Assembly: GCA_963803975.1 (NCBI GenBank)
Contig: CAWDOY010000026.1
Span: 1-27,427, forward strand
From: an uncultured delta proteobacterium
GTDB taxonomy: Bacteria; Desulfobacterota; WTBG01; CAIYCZ01
Direction of reading: 5' to 3'
Length of the DNA stretch: 27,427 nt
Positions 18,035-27,427 of this stretch are shown here, piece after piece. A program made the position numbers and the translations under genes. How positions within the stretch are numbered: position 1 is the first letter of the stretch; each line of letters begins with the position of its first letter. A model generated the notes under the pieces. The model made no database searches. It had not been told where the DNA came from and saw nothing but the letters and a program-made list of their open reading frames with translations.

Positions 18035-18839
18035 ATGAAAACAGTTGTCATAACCGGCAGCACCCGGGGTATCGGCCAGGGGCTTGCTGTAGAATTTCTA
18101 AAGCAGGGGTGCGCAGTTGTTATCAGCGGGCGGAGTGCGGGGGCAGTTGTAAAAGAGGTGCAGCGGCTGGCCGCGGATATACGGCAGCGACAAGGTTTCA
18201 GGCAGTGCCTGCGAGGTAACCGACAGCGTACAGGTGCAGGGCTTGTGGGACGCGGCACAAGCGGCATTCGGCAGGGTGGACATCTGGATTAACAATGCCG
18301 GCATCACCCACACGACAAAAGTGCTGGCTGAGCTGGACAGCTCTGAAATCAAACCGGTCATTGACACCAACATTACCGGCATGATCTACGGAAGCCAGGT
18401 GGCATTGCGCGGCATGATCAAGCAGGGGTTCGGTCAGCTTTACAACATGGAAGGCCACGGCAGTAATGATAAGAAACGGCCGGGCCTGAGTATCTATGGG
18501 ACATCGAAACGGGCGCTGAAGTATTTCACCGAGGCGCTCATCGAGGAAACAGAAGACGGGCCGGTGCAGGTCTGTTTTTTAAGCCCCGGCATTGTCATTA
18601 CCGATTTTCTGATTGAGGACATGCGCAAGATGTCGCCCGATGAGCTTGAGACCGTCAAAGCGGTTTATAACTGTTTGGCAGACACGGTAGAGACGGTAAC
18701 CCCGTACCTGGTTGAGAATATTCTGAAAAACGATGCGCACGGAGTTGAAATAGCCTGGCTCACCGACGAGAAAGCAAACGAGCGATTTAACTCGGATGAA
18801 TACTGCAGCAGGGATTTTTTCAGCAGATATGGCTTATAA
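18035..18839 (+). CDS. SDR of the chlorophyll(ide) b reductase NOL/NYC1-like subfamily; frameshift near 18178
   Basis: VVITGSTRGIG, GR (NADP-type), rejoined YGSDKVSGSACEVTD..VQGLWD, VDIWINNAG, GQLYNMEGHGS, YGTSKRAL, LSPGIVITDFL, NCLADTVETV; the NM(D/E)GxGS pattern is typical of that subfamily (from recall). Confidence 0.85.
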
Positions 18840-18896
18840 ATAAAAAATATGTCATAAACACCTATACGCAGTTTCATGCCGCAACAGGGTGAGGTA

Positions 18897-20126
18897 ATGA
18901 ATTCTCCGGCAACAAAACCTGAAGGTGCTTTGACGCGGGAAAAGCTGTGCAGCCTCTGCGGGCTGTGCATGGTGAAAGCCTGGTCTGCAAAAGAAGCAGT
19001 TCAGGGCTGTGTGTTTACCACCGGCTGGCTTGGCAGCAAGGAGCAGGCGCTGTTCGGGCGGGAGCGCGCCAGGGATGGTTCTGATGAGATGCTTTTTGGC
19101 ATCAGCACCGAGCGCTTTGTCGCGCGCATGAAAAACCCCCTGCCCGATATCCAGTTTACCGGGATCATAACCAGCATCGCAAAAAAAGCATTTGAGACCG
19201 GGCTGGTGGACGCGGTCGTGACCCTGCACCGCAGTAAGGAAGATTACTTTCTGCCGGTGCCGGTGCTGGCCCGCTCAACAGAAGAGATTTTAGCAAGCGG
19301 CGGCAGCAAGCCGGTGCTGGCACAGACCCTCACCTCTCTGGAAAAAGCCTGTCAGCAGGGAATAAAAAAGCTGCTGGTCATCGGCGCCTCCTGCCATGTG
19401 CAGAACCTGCGCGAGTTTCAGCGCCGCTCTCCCTATCTCAGGGACATGGACCTCTTTGTGGTCGGCATTCCCTGCACTGATAATGTCCACCCGAACCATT
19501 TTCGCTCTATCTTCAGCAAAATCTCCCGCTCCCACGAGACCGTCCGTCATTATGAATTTATGCAGGACTTCACGGTGCATCTCCGGCATGTTGACGGAAC
19601 CCTTGAGCGGGTACCGTTTTTCAGCCTGCCGCAGGATATCAACAGCGCGGAGCTTGTCACCTCCTGCTGCCGGAGCTGCTTTGACTATATGAACGGCCTT
19701 GCCGATATCACGGTCGGCTACATCGGCGCACCCCTTGATATTGAGAAAATGTACCAGTGGGTCCTGGTCAGGACGGAGAAGGGCGAGGAGCTGCGGCAGC
19801 TCATCGCTGATGAGCTTGAAACGTATCCTGAAACATCAGACGGAGACCGGACAGCGCTGGTCGGGCAGTATGCCCTGCGCTACAAAAAAGACGGGGCAGC
19901 GCAGGCCATAAAGATGTCGGGCAGCATGCCGCTGGAGCAGGGATTTGCGCTGGCGGAGCACTTTTATACCACCGGGCCGCGGGGACTTGAGTTCGTGCGC
20001 TACGCGATTGAGACCCATGTGATACGCAATTATTATTTTGTTAAGCAGAATTACCCGGAAAAACTCGCGGCACTGGTGCCGGGCTATGTATATTCAGTCC
20101 TGGAAGCTTATGGGCTGGAGCCGTAA
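18897..20126 (+). CDS. FrhB-family FAD/2x4Fe-4S reductase of the BciB (8-vinyl reductase) / HCAR clade
   Basis: LCSLCGLC..C, FGRER..DEMLFGI, QFTGII, KPVL, LLVIGASCH, GIPCTDN, HYEFMQDFTVH, VPFFSL, SCFDYMNGLADITVGY, QWVLVRTEKG, EFVRYAIETHVIRNY; GAGGT before ATG 18897. Confidence 0.9.
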   Translation: MNSPATKPEGALTREKLCSLCGLCMVKAWSAKEAVQGCVFTTGWLGSKEQALFGRERARDGSDEMLFGISTERFVARMKNPLPDIQFTGIITSIAKKAFETGLVDAVVTLHRSKEDYFLPVPVLARSTEEILASGGSKPVLAQTLTSLEKACQQGIKKLLVIGASCHVQNLREFQRRSPYLRDMDLFVVGIPCTDNVHPNHFRSIFSKISRSHETVRHYEFMQDFTVHLRHVDGTLERVPFFSLPQDINSAELVTSCCRSCFDYMNGLADITVGYIGAPLDIEKMYQWVLVRTEKGEELRQLIADELETYPETSDGDRTALVGQYALRYKKDGAAQAIKMSGSMPLEQGFALAEHFYTTGPRGLEFVRYAIETHVIRNYYFVKQNYPEKLAALVPGYVYSVLEAYGLEP

Positions 20127-20133
20127 ACAGAAT

Positions 20134-20291
20134 CAACAGGCTGTTGAAAAACACCCGTCTGCTGTGTTGCGCTCATCCTTCGTCATTGCGACGTACGCTA
20201 AGAGTACGCCTCATTCCTCAGAATTTCGCGCACCCTGCATCCGGATGTTTTTGACCAGCCTTGGAAAAAACTACTTTTCAACAACCTGCTG
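20134..20291. mobile_element. MITE-like 158-bp non-coding element
   Basis: Ends CAACAGGCTGTTGAAAA / TTTTCAACAACCTGCTG (15/17 inverted match), an internal second right end TTTTTGACCAGCCT, core GCGACGTAC..GTACGCCTC, AAT on both flanks. Confidence 0.8.
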
Positions 20292-20320
20292 AATTTCAAC
20301 CACGTACAGGAGAAAAGGCA

Positions 20321-22403
20321 ATGAAAGCAAAAAAAGTATATCTGCTGCTTACCATCATGCTGCTCGTGCCCTGCATCAGCATGGCTCAATCAACACCGGT
20401 CAAGGACAAGGTCGCGGTGCTGATTACCGGCTGGGGCATGCCTGCGGGGTATAACTTCGGCTATGCCTGGGCAAGCCCTGATCTTGCGCAGATCGGCGAT
20501 AAGACCGAGTCTGAGGGCCAGCCCTGCAAAATAGGGCATGTGGGAGAGTTCCCCTATCAGTCTCACATCAATTTTATTCCATGGTCAATTCTCTTTAAGA
20601 CAGCAGGCAATGAAAATTTTTATGACTCTTATGGCGTCTATAAACTTGAAAATGGTCAGTATGTAAGCCCGAACCCGGACATACCGCCGGTCAGCCCCGC
20701 GGATATCCCGGAGGGGATACCAATAACCCCCCTTAAGGACGTTACTGAATCAGGGGTGCTGAAGTACCCGGTTGACCCGAGAGACGGCATCGGATTATCT
20801 GGCCGGCTGGTTTCAGATAGGCACCTTTCAAAAACCCTATCCTAACGGGATTCATGACTTTAAAGAGTCCATGCCCGCGATCTATACCCGCTATTACGGG
20901 ATTATGGGCGTCCCGAAGGAAGCCGCCGACCCCAATGATCAGTACCCGGCAGTGCTCGCTCAGGATGCTTTTCTTGAACAGCTGATGAATGCTTCCTTCG
21001 GCGACAGCATTGATATGCGCTTCGGCGGTTATTCCCCGATACCCGGCTATACCAAGCGCGAGGATGACGCTGCCGCAGAGTTTGCCAATGAAGGCTTCAC
21101 AAAAATGCTTATTGCCCGGGAGACCACCGATAACAACCGCTACGCCAATGAATTCATGAGCGGCAATTATGTGAAGGAGCGCTTGTGTGAAATGGGCAAG
21201 CTGGACTGCATGCACATCCAGCAGACCCGCCAGGTGGGAAGAACGCCGGAATTTAACGCCATGAATATCCGCAACTTGAAGCCCTTCATCGAGGCCTACC
21301 CTGACGGCAGCACCATCGGCATCATCTATGTCACCCGGGGACTGCCCTGGGGAAAGGATGAAACCCCCGGAGCGTTCGGCACCGCGCACCCGTGGAGCAA
21401 GGAGGTCTATCACGAAAACGCCTATCTCAATTATCTCTCATTGAAGAAAGCGCTCAAGGCAGCATTCGGCAGCCGCTATAACCTGGTCTTCACCAGGGGC
21501 GGCATTGAAAGTGACCTGCGGGCGGACAATTTCTTTTCCTACGCGGTTAATAAAAAAAGTGAAAACGGCGGGGTCTTTATCAGCGTCCGGGACGCAATCC
21601 AGGCGCTGAAGCAGGACGGCGTCGATAAGATTGTCATTGCTCCCGGCCACTGGAACTATGACAATATTGATACCATCCTTTCGATGAAGCTTACCAATAA
21701 CCTGCCCATTACGCCCAAGGCGGACATACTGGCCAATAAAGTTTGATTATACCCACTGTGAAGACGCGGACGGAAATGTTGTTGCCTGCGACAGCCCGGA
21801 CAAAGCCGCGCAAATCACTGCCGCGTCCTCTTTCAGCAACCTTCCCGAGGAGTTTGCCACCGCGTATTACGTGGTGCTGAGGGGAACGCTGGAACGGTTC
21901 GGCCTCTATCCGCAGGATGCACCCGTCACTATTGCAGCACAGCAGCCAATTACCAAGCTTGACGGCGGAACCGTAGCGGTACAAAAATTTTTCAGCCTGA
22001 TCAACAAGGCAAAGATTGAGATTCCCCCGGACCCGTACCCTGACCGGCCGGAAAGTTTCACCAAGGAAACGGCAGTTCCCGTTAATGACCCGGCTGACAC
22101 TATGGATTGCCTCTGGGAGGATACGGTCATCTCAATAGGCCAGCCACTCAATCCGCCGGCCATGAAGACTGCCCGCGCTGTGGGCCCGCGGTTCACTTCG
22201 GCCCCTACCGCACCTTTTTCAACCGGGATGTAACAATTACGATCCCGTATCGAAGACTGCTTGCCCTGGGCAAAACGGTGAAGGCGTATGTCTATAACCA
22301 TGTGACCAAAGACTGGGACGCGCTGGAGGTGGAGAAAGCTGCGGGGGGAACGGTTACTTTTAAGACCAAGGTGCTTGGCCTGTTCCAGGCCGGGGTGGAA
22401 TAA
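20321..22403 (+). CDS. Exported protein with class II chelatase (HemH/CbiX)-like fold and ZU5-like C-terminus; frameshifts near 20790, 21742, 22190
   Basis: Signal peptide; KVAVLITGWGMP; DAAAEFANEGFTKMLI; IIYVTRGLP (HemH: LFSAHGLP); DAIQALKQDGVDKIVIAPGHWNYDNIDTI (HemH: V.P..F.SD..ET); tail GPAVHFGPYRTFFNRDVTITIPY..W. Four track ORFs join by single-base shifts. Confidence 0.7.
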
Positions 22404-22415
22404 CAGCGATGTAAC

Positions 22416-22450
22416 AAAAAAGGCCTCCGGAAAAAACGGGGGCCTTTTTT
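22416..22450 (+). terminator. Intrinsic (bidirectional) terminator closing the cluster
   Basis: AAAAAAGGCCTCCG-GAAAAAA-CGGGGGCCTTTTTT. Confidence 0.9.
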
Positions 22451-22531
22451 ATGTGCAGCGTTTTAAATTTGATTTGAAAAAGATTTCAGCTCCTGATAGC
22501 GTAGACATTATTTCCCCGGAGGGTGAAGGAC

Positions 22532-23384
22532 GTGATTGATAAAGACCTGATCGTCGCGGCAGTTAAAGAGCCCATGCGGCAGTACTGCCAGACCATGAAG
22601 CAGACCATCGGCGACTGGCAGCCGCTGCTTGCACGTGTCGGAAAAAATTCTAGCCGGCGAGGAAGTCAGAAATGACGAGGTCCAGCCGGAGCTGCAATTT
22701 CTGGTAGAGTGGATGCGGCTCATTATGGAGGTCACGCGGGACGGCCAGTGGGACTGGACCAGCCCCGCGGTGCAGGCAGTGTATAAAAATTATGCTGACA
22801 GCATGATTTATAAAACCTTTGCCCGGGCTACGGTCGGGATTGTTACCGCCATCCTGAAGACAGGGCAGGTCGGAACGGTGTTGGAAATAGGCACCGGCCC
22901 CGGCCAGGTTACCGAAGCGCTGTGCGGTGAGATGATAACCAATAATATTTCCGTGCCCATCATCATATCGGATAGAGCGCCCGGCATCGCGGTCGTGGCA
23001 GAAAATCTGCGAAAAAAATTCCCCGCCCTGTCCATCACAGATTTTGTCTGGAACATACGCGAAGACCCGCCGGAAGCGCTGGTTAAAAAGCTCGTTGGGC
23101 CGGTGTTACTGTTTGAGCGCTTCTGCATCCCCTATGGCGGCTATGAAGCCATCGATCGGGTTGCGCCGGTCGCGGATATTTATCTCATGGTGGAGGATCT
23201 GAACCTTACCGGAAAGAAAGAGGCCTATGATGTTATTTATGAGAAGATAGGCTCACAGTTTTTCACCTGGCAGGATACCAGGAAATATCTTGAAAAGCAT
23301 TTCTCCTTCATCCACACCTGTGACCAGGAAACAATTGACGCTATCAACCTGCCGGTAACAGACTTTACCCTTGCGATAAAATAA
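22532..23384 (+). CDS. Class I SAM-dependent methyltransferase-like protein; frameshift near 22638
   Basis: GTG 22532 after GGAGGGTGAAGGA (VIDKDLIVAAVKEPMRQYC...) joins the track ORF; motif I VLEIGTGPG, IISD, WNI. Confidence 0.7.
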
Positions 23385-23523
23385 ACGCTCACATTGCCTG
23401 CATAGAAAACTAAGGGACGCTGGAAAAAGAGTTGCAGGGGTATATAGTTAATAGTGAGGTTTGAACCCACTCTGCCCACTCCACTGTGCTCCTGTGGTGC
23501 AATCTGCTGTAATTTCGTTTATC

Positions 23524-23552
23524 TTGACAAGAATTGGTGACCGCCATATAGT
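23524..23552 (+). promoter_or_regulatory. Sigma70-type promoter
   Basis: TTGACA-17 nt-TATAGT, 50 nt upstream of ATG 23603 (GGGAGG RBS). Confidence 0.8.
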
Positions 23553-23602
23553 TCGGTAACAGCTTACATTGTAGTCATTAACTTTATTGGGAGGGAATAA
23601 GT

Positions 23603-25926
23603 ATGACTATCTCACCAAAAAACCGCCTCGCGTTTTTAGCTCTCATTGTTTCAGTTATTTCTTTATCCCCGTGCAGTATTGTTTTTGCGGCTGACGCCAT
23701 GCCCACATTCACCGAAGATGATTTTGCAGCTTGTACTATTACCGGAATGAAGCTTGACTATGCAGTACATTATGAAACAGAAACAGAAACGGGAATCTCC
23801 GGGCAATGTTGGGATGAAAATGGTAAGCCACAGGAACCAGGATATTCTTTTATAAGATTTGCTCTTTATTATTATTTAAATGCTGAAGAAGCCAGCACCA
23901 ATTATCGCAAAGAAACGGCTAGTCTCAAAGAATATTGTCAGGTGCCAAATCCAGAAGTCGATAAAACTTTTACAGTGCGATGTATCTGATAATGAAACTA
24001 CCGTGGTATACTCCCAGGAGACTCAAGGAGGTACTTATTATCATGGCTCATACTTCATGCTTTATGCTGAACATTATTTCTTCTTTTTTGATTTTGAACT
24101 GCATCCACCTGCCACTGAACAGCAGGCTGTGGGATGCTCTTGCCCAGACTAAAGCCTGCATTATGCAGGTTATTAATTCGAAGGACCGCAAGTTCTGGGG
24201 AAAAGTTACCAATGCCTGGGGAGAGGAACTCCCGAGCATGGTGGTGAAATTAACGTTATGACGGCAAGGAGTATGAGACAACAACTGATGAAAACGGCAT
24301 CTACAGAATTCCGTTTGCGGGCGTTTTCGGCAAGAAAGCCAAACTCACTCTTGTTATGCAGTGCCGTGAAGAACAGGTTACTTATTTTACCATTATAAGT
24401 AACGGCAAAACCCTTACCCCCCATATTGTGCAGGAGGAGTTCACCATACGGACAGATGATGACCTCAAGCATGATGCTGTAGTACAGGATAGCCGTAGTG
24501 GCACGGAGTTTCTGGGATACGTGTTCAGAAGAATGGTGGAGGCAATTGCCATCTATACCGAGAGTGCTAAAAGTTCAGCCTGAGCCCTGTATCATCCTGC
24601 CATATTCATCCCGTAAAACATCATATCTCCCTCTGGAAAAAGGTATTCAGATCAGAGACTCACATACTGTTTACAAGGAGTATAGTGGCCCATGGCGCAG
24701 CGGGTATATTGAGTATCATGAATATTCCCACCATATAATGTACTGCATGTACGGAAGTAAATTCCCCGCGCCTCCTGCTAACGCACAACCAGCTGAGAAA
24801 AATCATGGCGGGTATATGAACCCTTCTACTTCAGACAGCTTTGTAGAGGGATTTGCTGATTTTATGAGTTCGGTTATGTTAGGCAATGGTCAAAGGTCAA
24901 ACCGTACCAAAGATTTCGGGTGCTGAAGAAATCAACGAGCGTGCGTGGGACGGCTGCGGTTATGCAGAAGAAGACGCTGTAACCGGAGTATTGTGGGATC
25001 TATATGATGGTACTAATCCTCTTGACAGCGATAACATCCAGCTGTCCCTTGAGGAGATCTGGGCAGTGCTCAAAGACTATCGTGCGAACATGTATGAAGT
25101 GTACAAGGCATTTGTAGAGACATACCCTGACAGGAAGCCGGAAATTGACCAGGTTTTTATTAACCATGGATTTTTTGCAGATAAAAATGAGGGTAATAAA
25201 CAATATGACTCTGGTGAACCAACCTGGGGACGGCCCGAATTACGTGATGACCCATACATTGATCTTGCAAATCCAGTCCAAAGGGATATCGGCGAAACCA
25301 TAGGCCAGGCTACTAACTACCAGCGTCCTGAACGCAACAGTGAGGAACCGTGGCCCAACCATTTCATCAAGACCAGCACGGCCTATCCATTTTATAAGAT
25401 AAGCTTTACCTTCCCGGAGCACCCCTATCTAAACCATGAGCTGTATCAGGAACAGCAGGAGGGGCTTATATATGTGCCGGTGCCGCCTGAGACATACAAC
25501 GCGCAGATAGCTATTGAAGGCTATGGAGATGATATTACTACCGGCAACCCATTAAGCTTCACCAACCAGGAGTTTATTGCCAGCTATCAGACCATTATTG
25601 AACAGGGGTATTATCGCGAACATGATTTTGCCATTACCGGGCCTACTCCGGTCAGGCCGAAAACAGACCCGGGGCGTAGAGACCCGTCCGGCAGTCCTTG
25701 TATTGCACAGAAACTGATGGGGAGCAATAATCCTGATTTAAAAACCCTGCGCCGGTTCCGGGATGAAGTGCTGGTGAAAAGCTCGATAGGTAAACAGCTG
25801 GTAAAGATATATTATGAAAAGAGCACGACAGTTATTGAAGCATTAGAAGGTCACGAATTCTGCAGAAAAATTGCCGCGGCACTTCTAATAAAAATTATCC
25901 CGGTGATAGAAATGACGCTGACATAA
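23603..25926 (+). CDS. Secreted HExxH zinc metalloprotease-like protein with CFI-box-CTERM-like tail; five +1 frameshifts
   Basis: Signal peptide; segments join near 23965, 24131, 24256, 24561, ~24890; YETTTDENGIY, YHEYSHHIMY, FVEGFADF, VLWDLYD; tail SPCIAQ..LKTLRRFRDEVLVKSSIGKQLVKIYY. Confidence 0.8.
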
Positions 25927-26068
25927 ATTGAACTGCTGCGTTTGAATGGCCATAGCAACAAAGGCATTGAGAAAAACGGGCGCTGTGCCCTGGTTTCTTG
26001 ACACAAAACTATTGGCACTGCCACGACTTAATGTTACACCGCACGGCATTGACTTGGAAGGAGAGAGA

Positions 26069-27289
26069 ATGGCGGACCTCAGAGTTAAGTTGGGAAGTCT
26101 TGAACTGCAAAATCCTGTGATCATTTCATCCGGGCATCTTACCAGGACAGGGAAGGATATCAAGAAATGTGACGGCTATGGAGCGGGTGCCATCATTTTA
26201 AAGAGTGCCTTTCTTGAAAAAGAATACGAAATGGTGGTCAAGCCCTATGCGCCGGGCTTGTTTCCCGATGCCAGGGCTGAGTTTCATTCAACAGGTGACG
26301 GCTATCTTACCATATGCGGTCTTTCACTCATTCCGGTGGAGGTCTGGGCACAGTGGTTCAAAGAAAACATCCGCAGCATAAAGACCCCGGTGATAGCAAG
26401 TATCATGGCCATTACCGTGGAAGGATACGCTAAGGCCGCAAAAATGCTCCAGGAAGCAGGTGCTCAGGCCATCGAAATCTTACTGGCGTGCCCCCTGCCT
26501 TTTCTGCTGCCCTATCCTTGCGTGGGCGGGGCATCCTTCAACCCCCAGATGGTCCGGGATGTGTGTTCTGAGGTAAGAAAGACCGTGGACATCCCGATAG
26601 GGGTTAAACTCATGTTCAACTTTCTGGACCCGTCTCCAATGAAAATCCCCAGAGAAGCAGGCTTGGACTGGGTCACCTCCTGCATCGCAATCCCTGCTGC
26701 ACCTGGCATCCGCCTCGACCAGGTGGAGCCGTCTATCCCAGCCTCGGTTTTCCTTTCCGGCTCAAAAGCGGCCAAACATCTCAATTTTGTCTCTCTATTG
26801 AACCTGAAAGAGCAGTGCAAGGACATTCACATTTCAGCATCTGGAGGGGTCCAGGGCTGGAGCGACGTAATTGAATATGTCATGTACGGAGCCGGTTCAG
26901 TTCAAATTCAAACGCTCTTCCTGCAAAAAGGTTTGGGCATAATCGAAGGAATGAAGAGAGAGATATCCGCGTACATGGATTCAAAAAGGTTTGCTTCCAT
27001 CGAGGAAATGAAAGGGGTGATTTTCCCGAAACTAATCACCTTCGACGAAGCTATATCCACCTATGCACAAACCAGGGGCAAAGTCGTTGCGTCTGTGAAC
27101 CTGGAAAAATGCACGGGCTGCGGTTCCTGCGAAGATCTTTGTAACTGGGACGCTTTGAAGGTAACGGACGAAAGACTGGATATCCTCACAGAAAATTGTG
27201 AAGGGTGCGGTGTCTGTGTCTGCGCATGTCCTGAGGAGGCATTGCGTCTTGATAACGTGGAATTGATACGGAAGCTTGCACGAGCATAG
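26069..27289 (+). CDS. Dihydroorotate/dihydropyrimidine dehydrogenase (PreA)-like FMN enzyme with C-terminal 2x[4Fe-4S]
   Basis: LQNPVIISSG, GAGAIILKS, IPIGVKL, ISASGGV, GAGSVQI, CTGCGSC..C, CEGCGVC..CP; AAGGAG before ATG 26069. Confidence 0.88.
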   Translation: MADLRVKLGSLELQNPVIISSGHLTRTGKDIKKCDGYGAGAIILKSAFLEKEYEMVVKPYAPGLFPDARAEFHSTGDGYLTICGLSLIPVEVWAQWFKENIRSIKTPVIASIMAITVEGYAKAAKMLQEAGAQAIEILLACPLPFLLPYPCVGGASFNPQMVRDVCSEVRKTVDIPIGVKLMFNFLDPSPMKIPREAGLDWVTSCIAIPAAPGIRLDQVEPSIPASVFLSGSKAAKHLNFVSLLNLKEQCKDIHISASGGVQGWSDVIEYVMYGAGSVQIQTLFLQKGLGIIEGMKREISAYMDSKRFASIEEMKGVIFPKLITFDEAISTYAQTRGKVVASVNLEKCTGCGSCEDLCNWDALKVTDERLDILTENCEGCGVCVCACPEEALRLDNVELIRKLARA

Positions 27290-27427
27290 ATACGCAACCC
27301 GCAAATATTTCCAGCCCAGGCTGGAAAGTTTATCGGGGACAAAAGCCGCAAATAAATAAATGTACCGAAAAAGAAGGCGTGCTCCATAGTCTTTGTGCAG
27401 AAGTTGTTTTTTTATTGTTGCTTGCTA

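Noticed and set aside
18897..20126. F420-reducing hydrogenase beta subunit, or evidence of phototrophy
   Set aside because: No hydrogenase subunits or photosynthesis genes in the window; motifs fit the BciB/HCAR clade.
1..27427. tRNA or rRNA genes
   Set aside because: No cloverleaf or rRNA-like sequence seen.

Overview
Bacterial chromosomal window. Gene content (tungsten AOR, multiheme cytochrome, GEMM riboswitch, CFI-box-CTERM-type surface proteins) suggests an anaerobic Desulfobacterota/deltaproteobacterium; this is inference, not a marker-gene call. Four blocks. (1) 1-6310: divergent MarR pair with visible operators, a membrane protein, and an SDR - aldehyde:ferredoxin oxidoreductase - UbiD operon. 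(2) ~6320-10900: AT-richer accessory region with a Y1-transposase remnant and two tandem cargo units bounded by conserved ends (A..B A..B). The first carries an FN3 surface-protein gene under a sigma54-like promoter and a GEMM-I riboswitch with A at the ligand-discriminating position (cGAMP type). (3) 11005-13383: repeat-rich secreted protein and a flavodoxin-like gene. (4) 13716-22403: co-oriented cluster behind a TetR-type operator, encoding an octaheme lipoprotein, two exported split-barrel proteins, TetR, a chlorophyll b reductase (NOL/NYC1)-like SDR next to a BciB/HCAR-like reductase, and an exported chelatase-fold protein. This is the best candidate for an undescribed system: anaerobic chlorin/tetrapyrrole modification in an apparently non-phototrophic organism. 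A methyltransferase-like gene, a secreted HExxH protease and a divergent PreA-like flavoenzyme follow. About 14 single-base frameshifts after position 9500 are probably long-read errors; genes were rejoined by eye. All family calls come from recognised motifs, with no database search.
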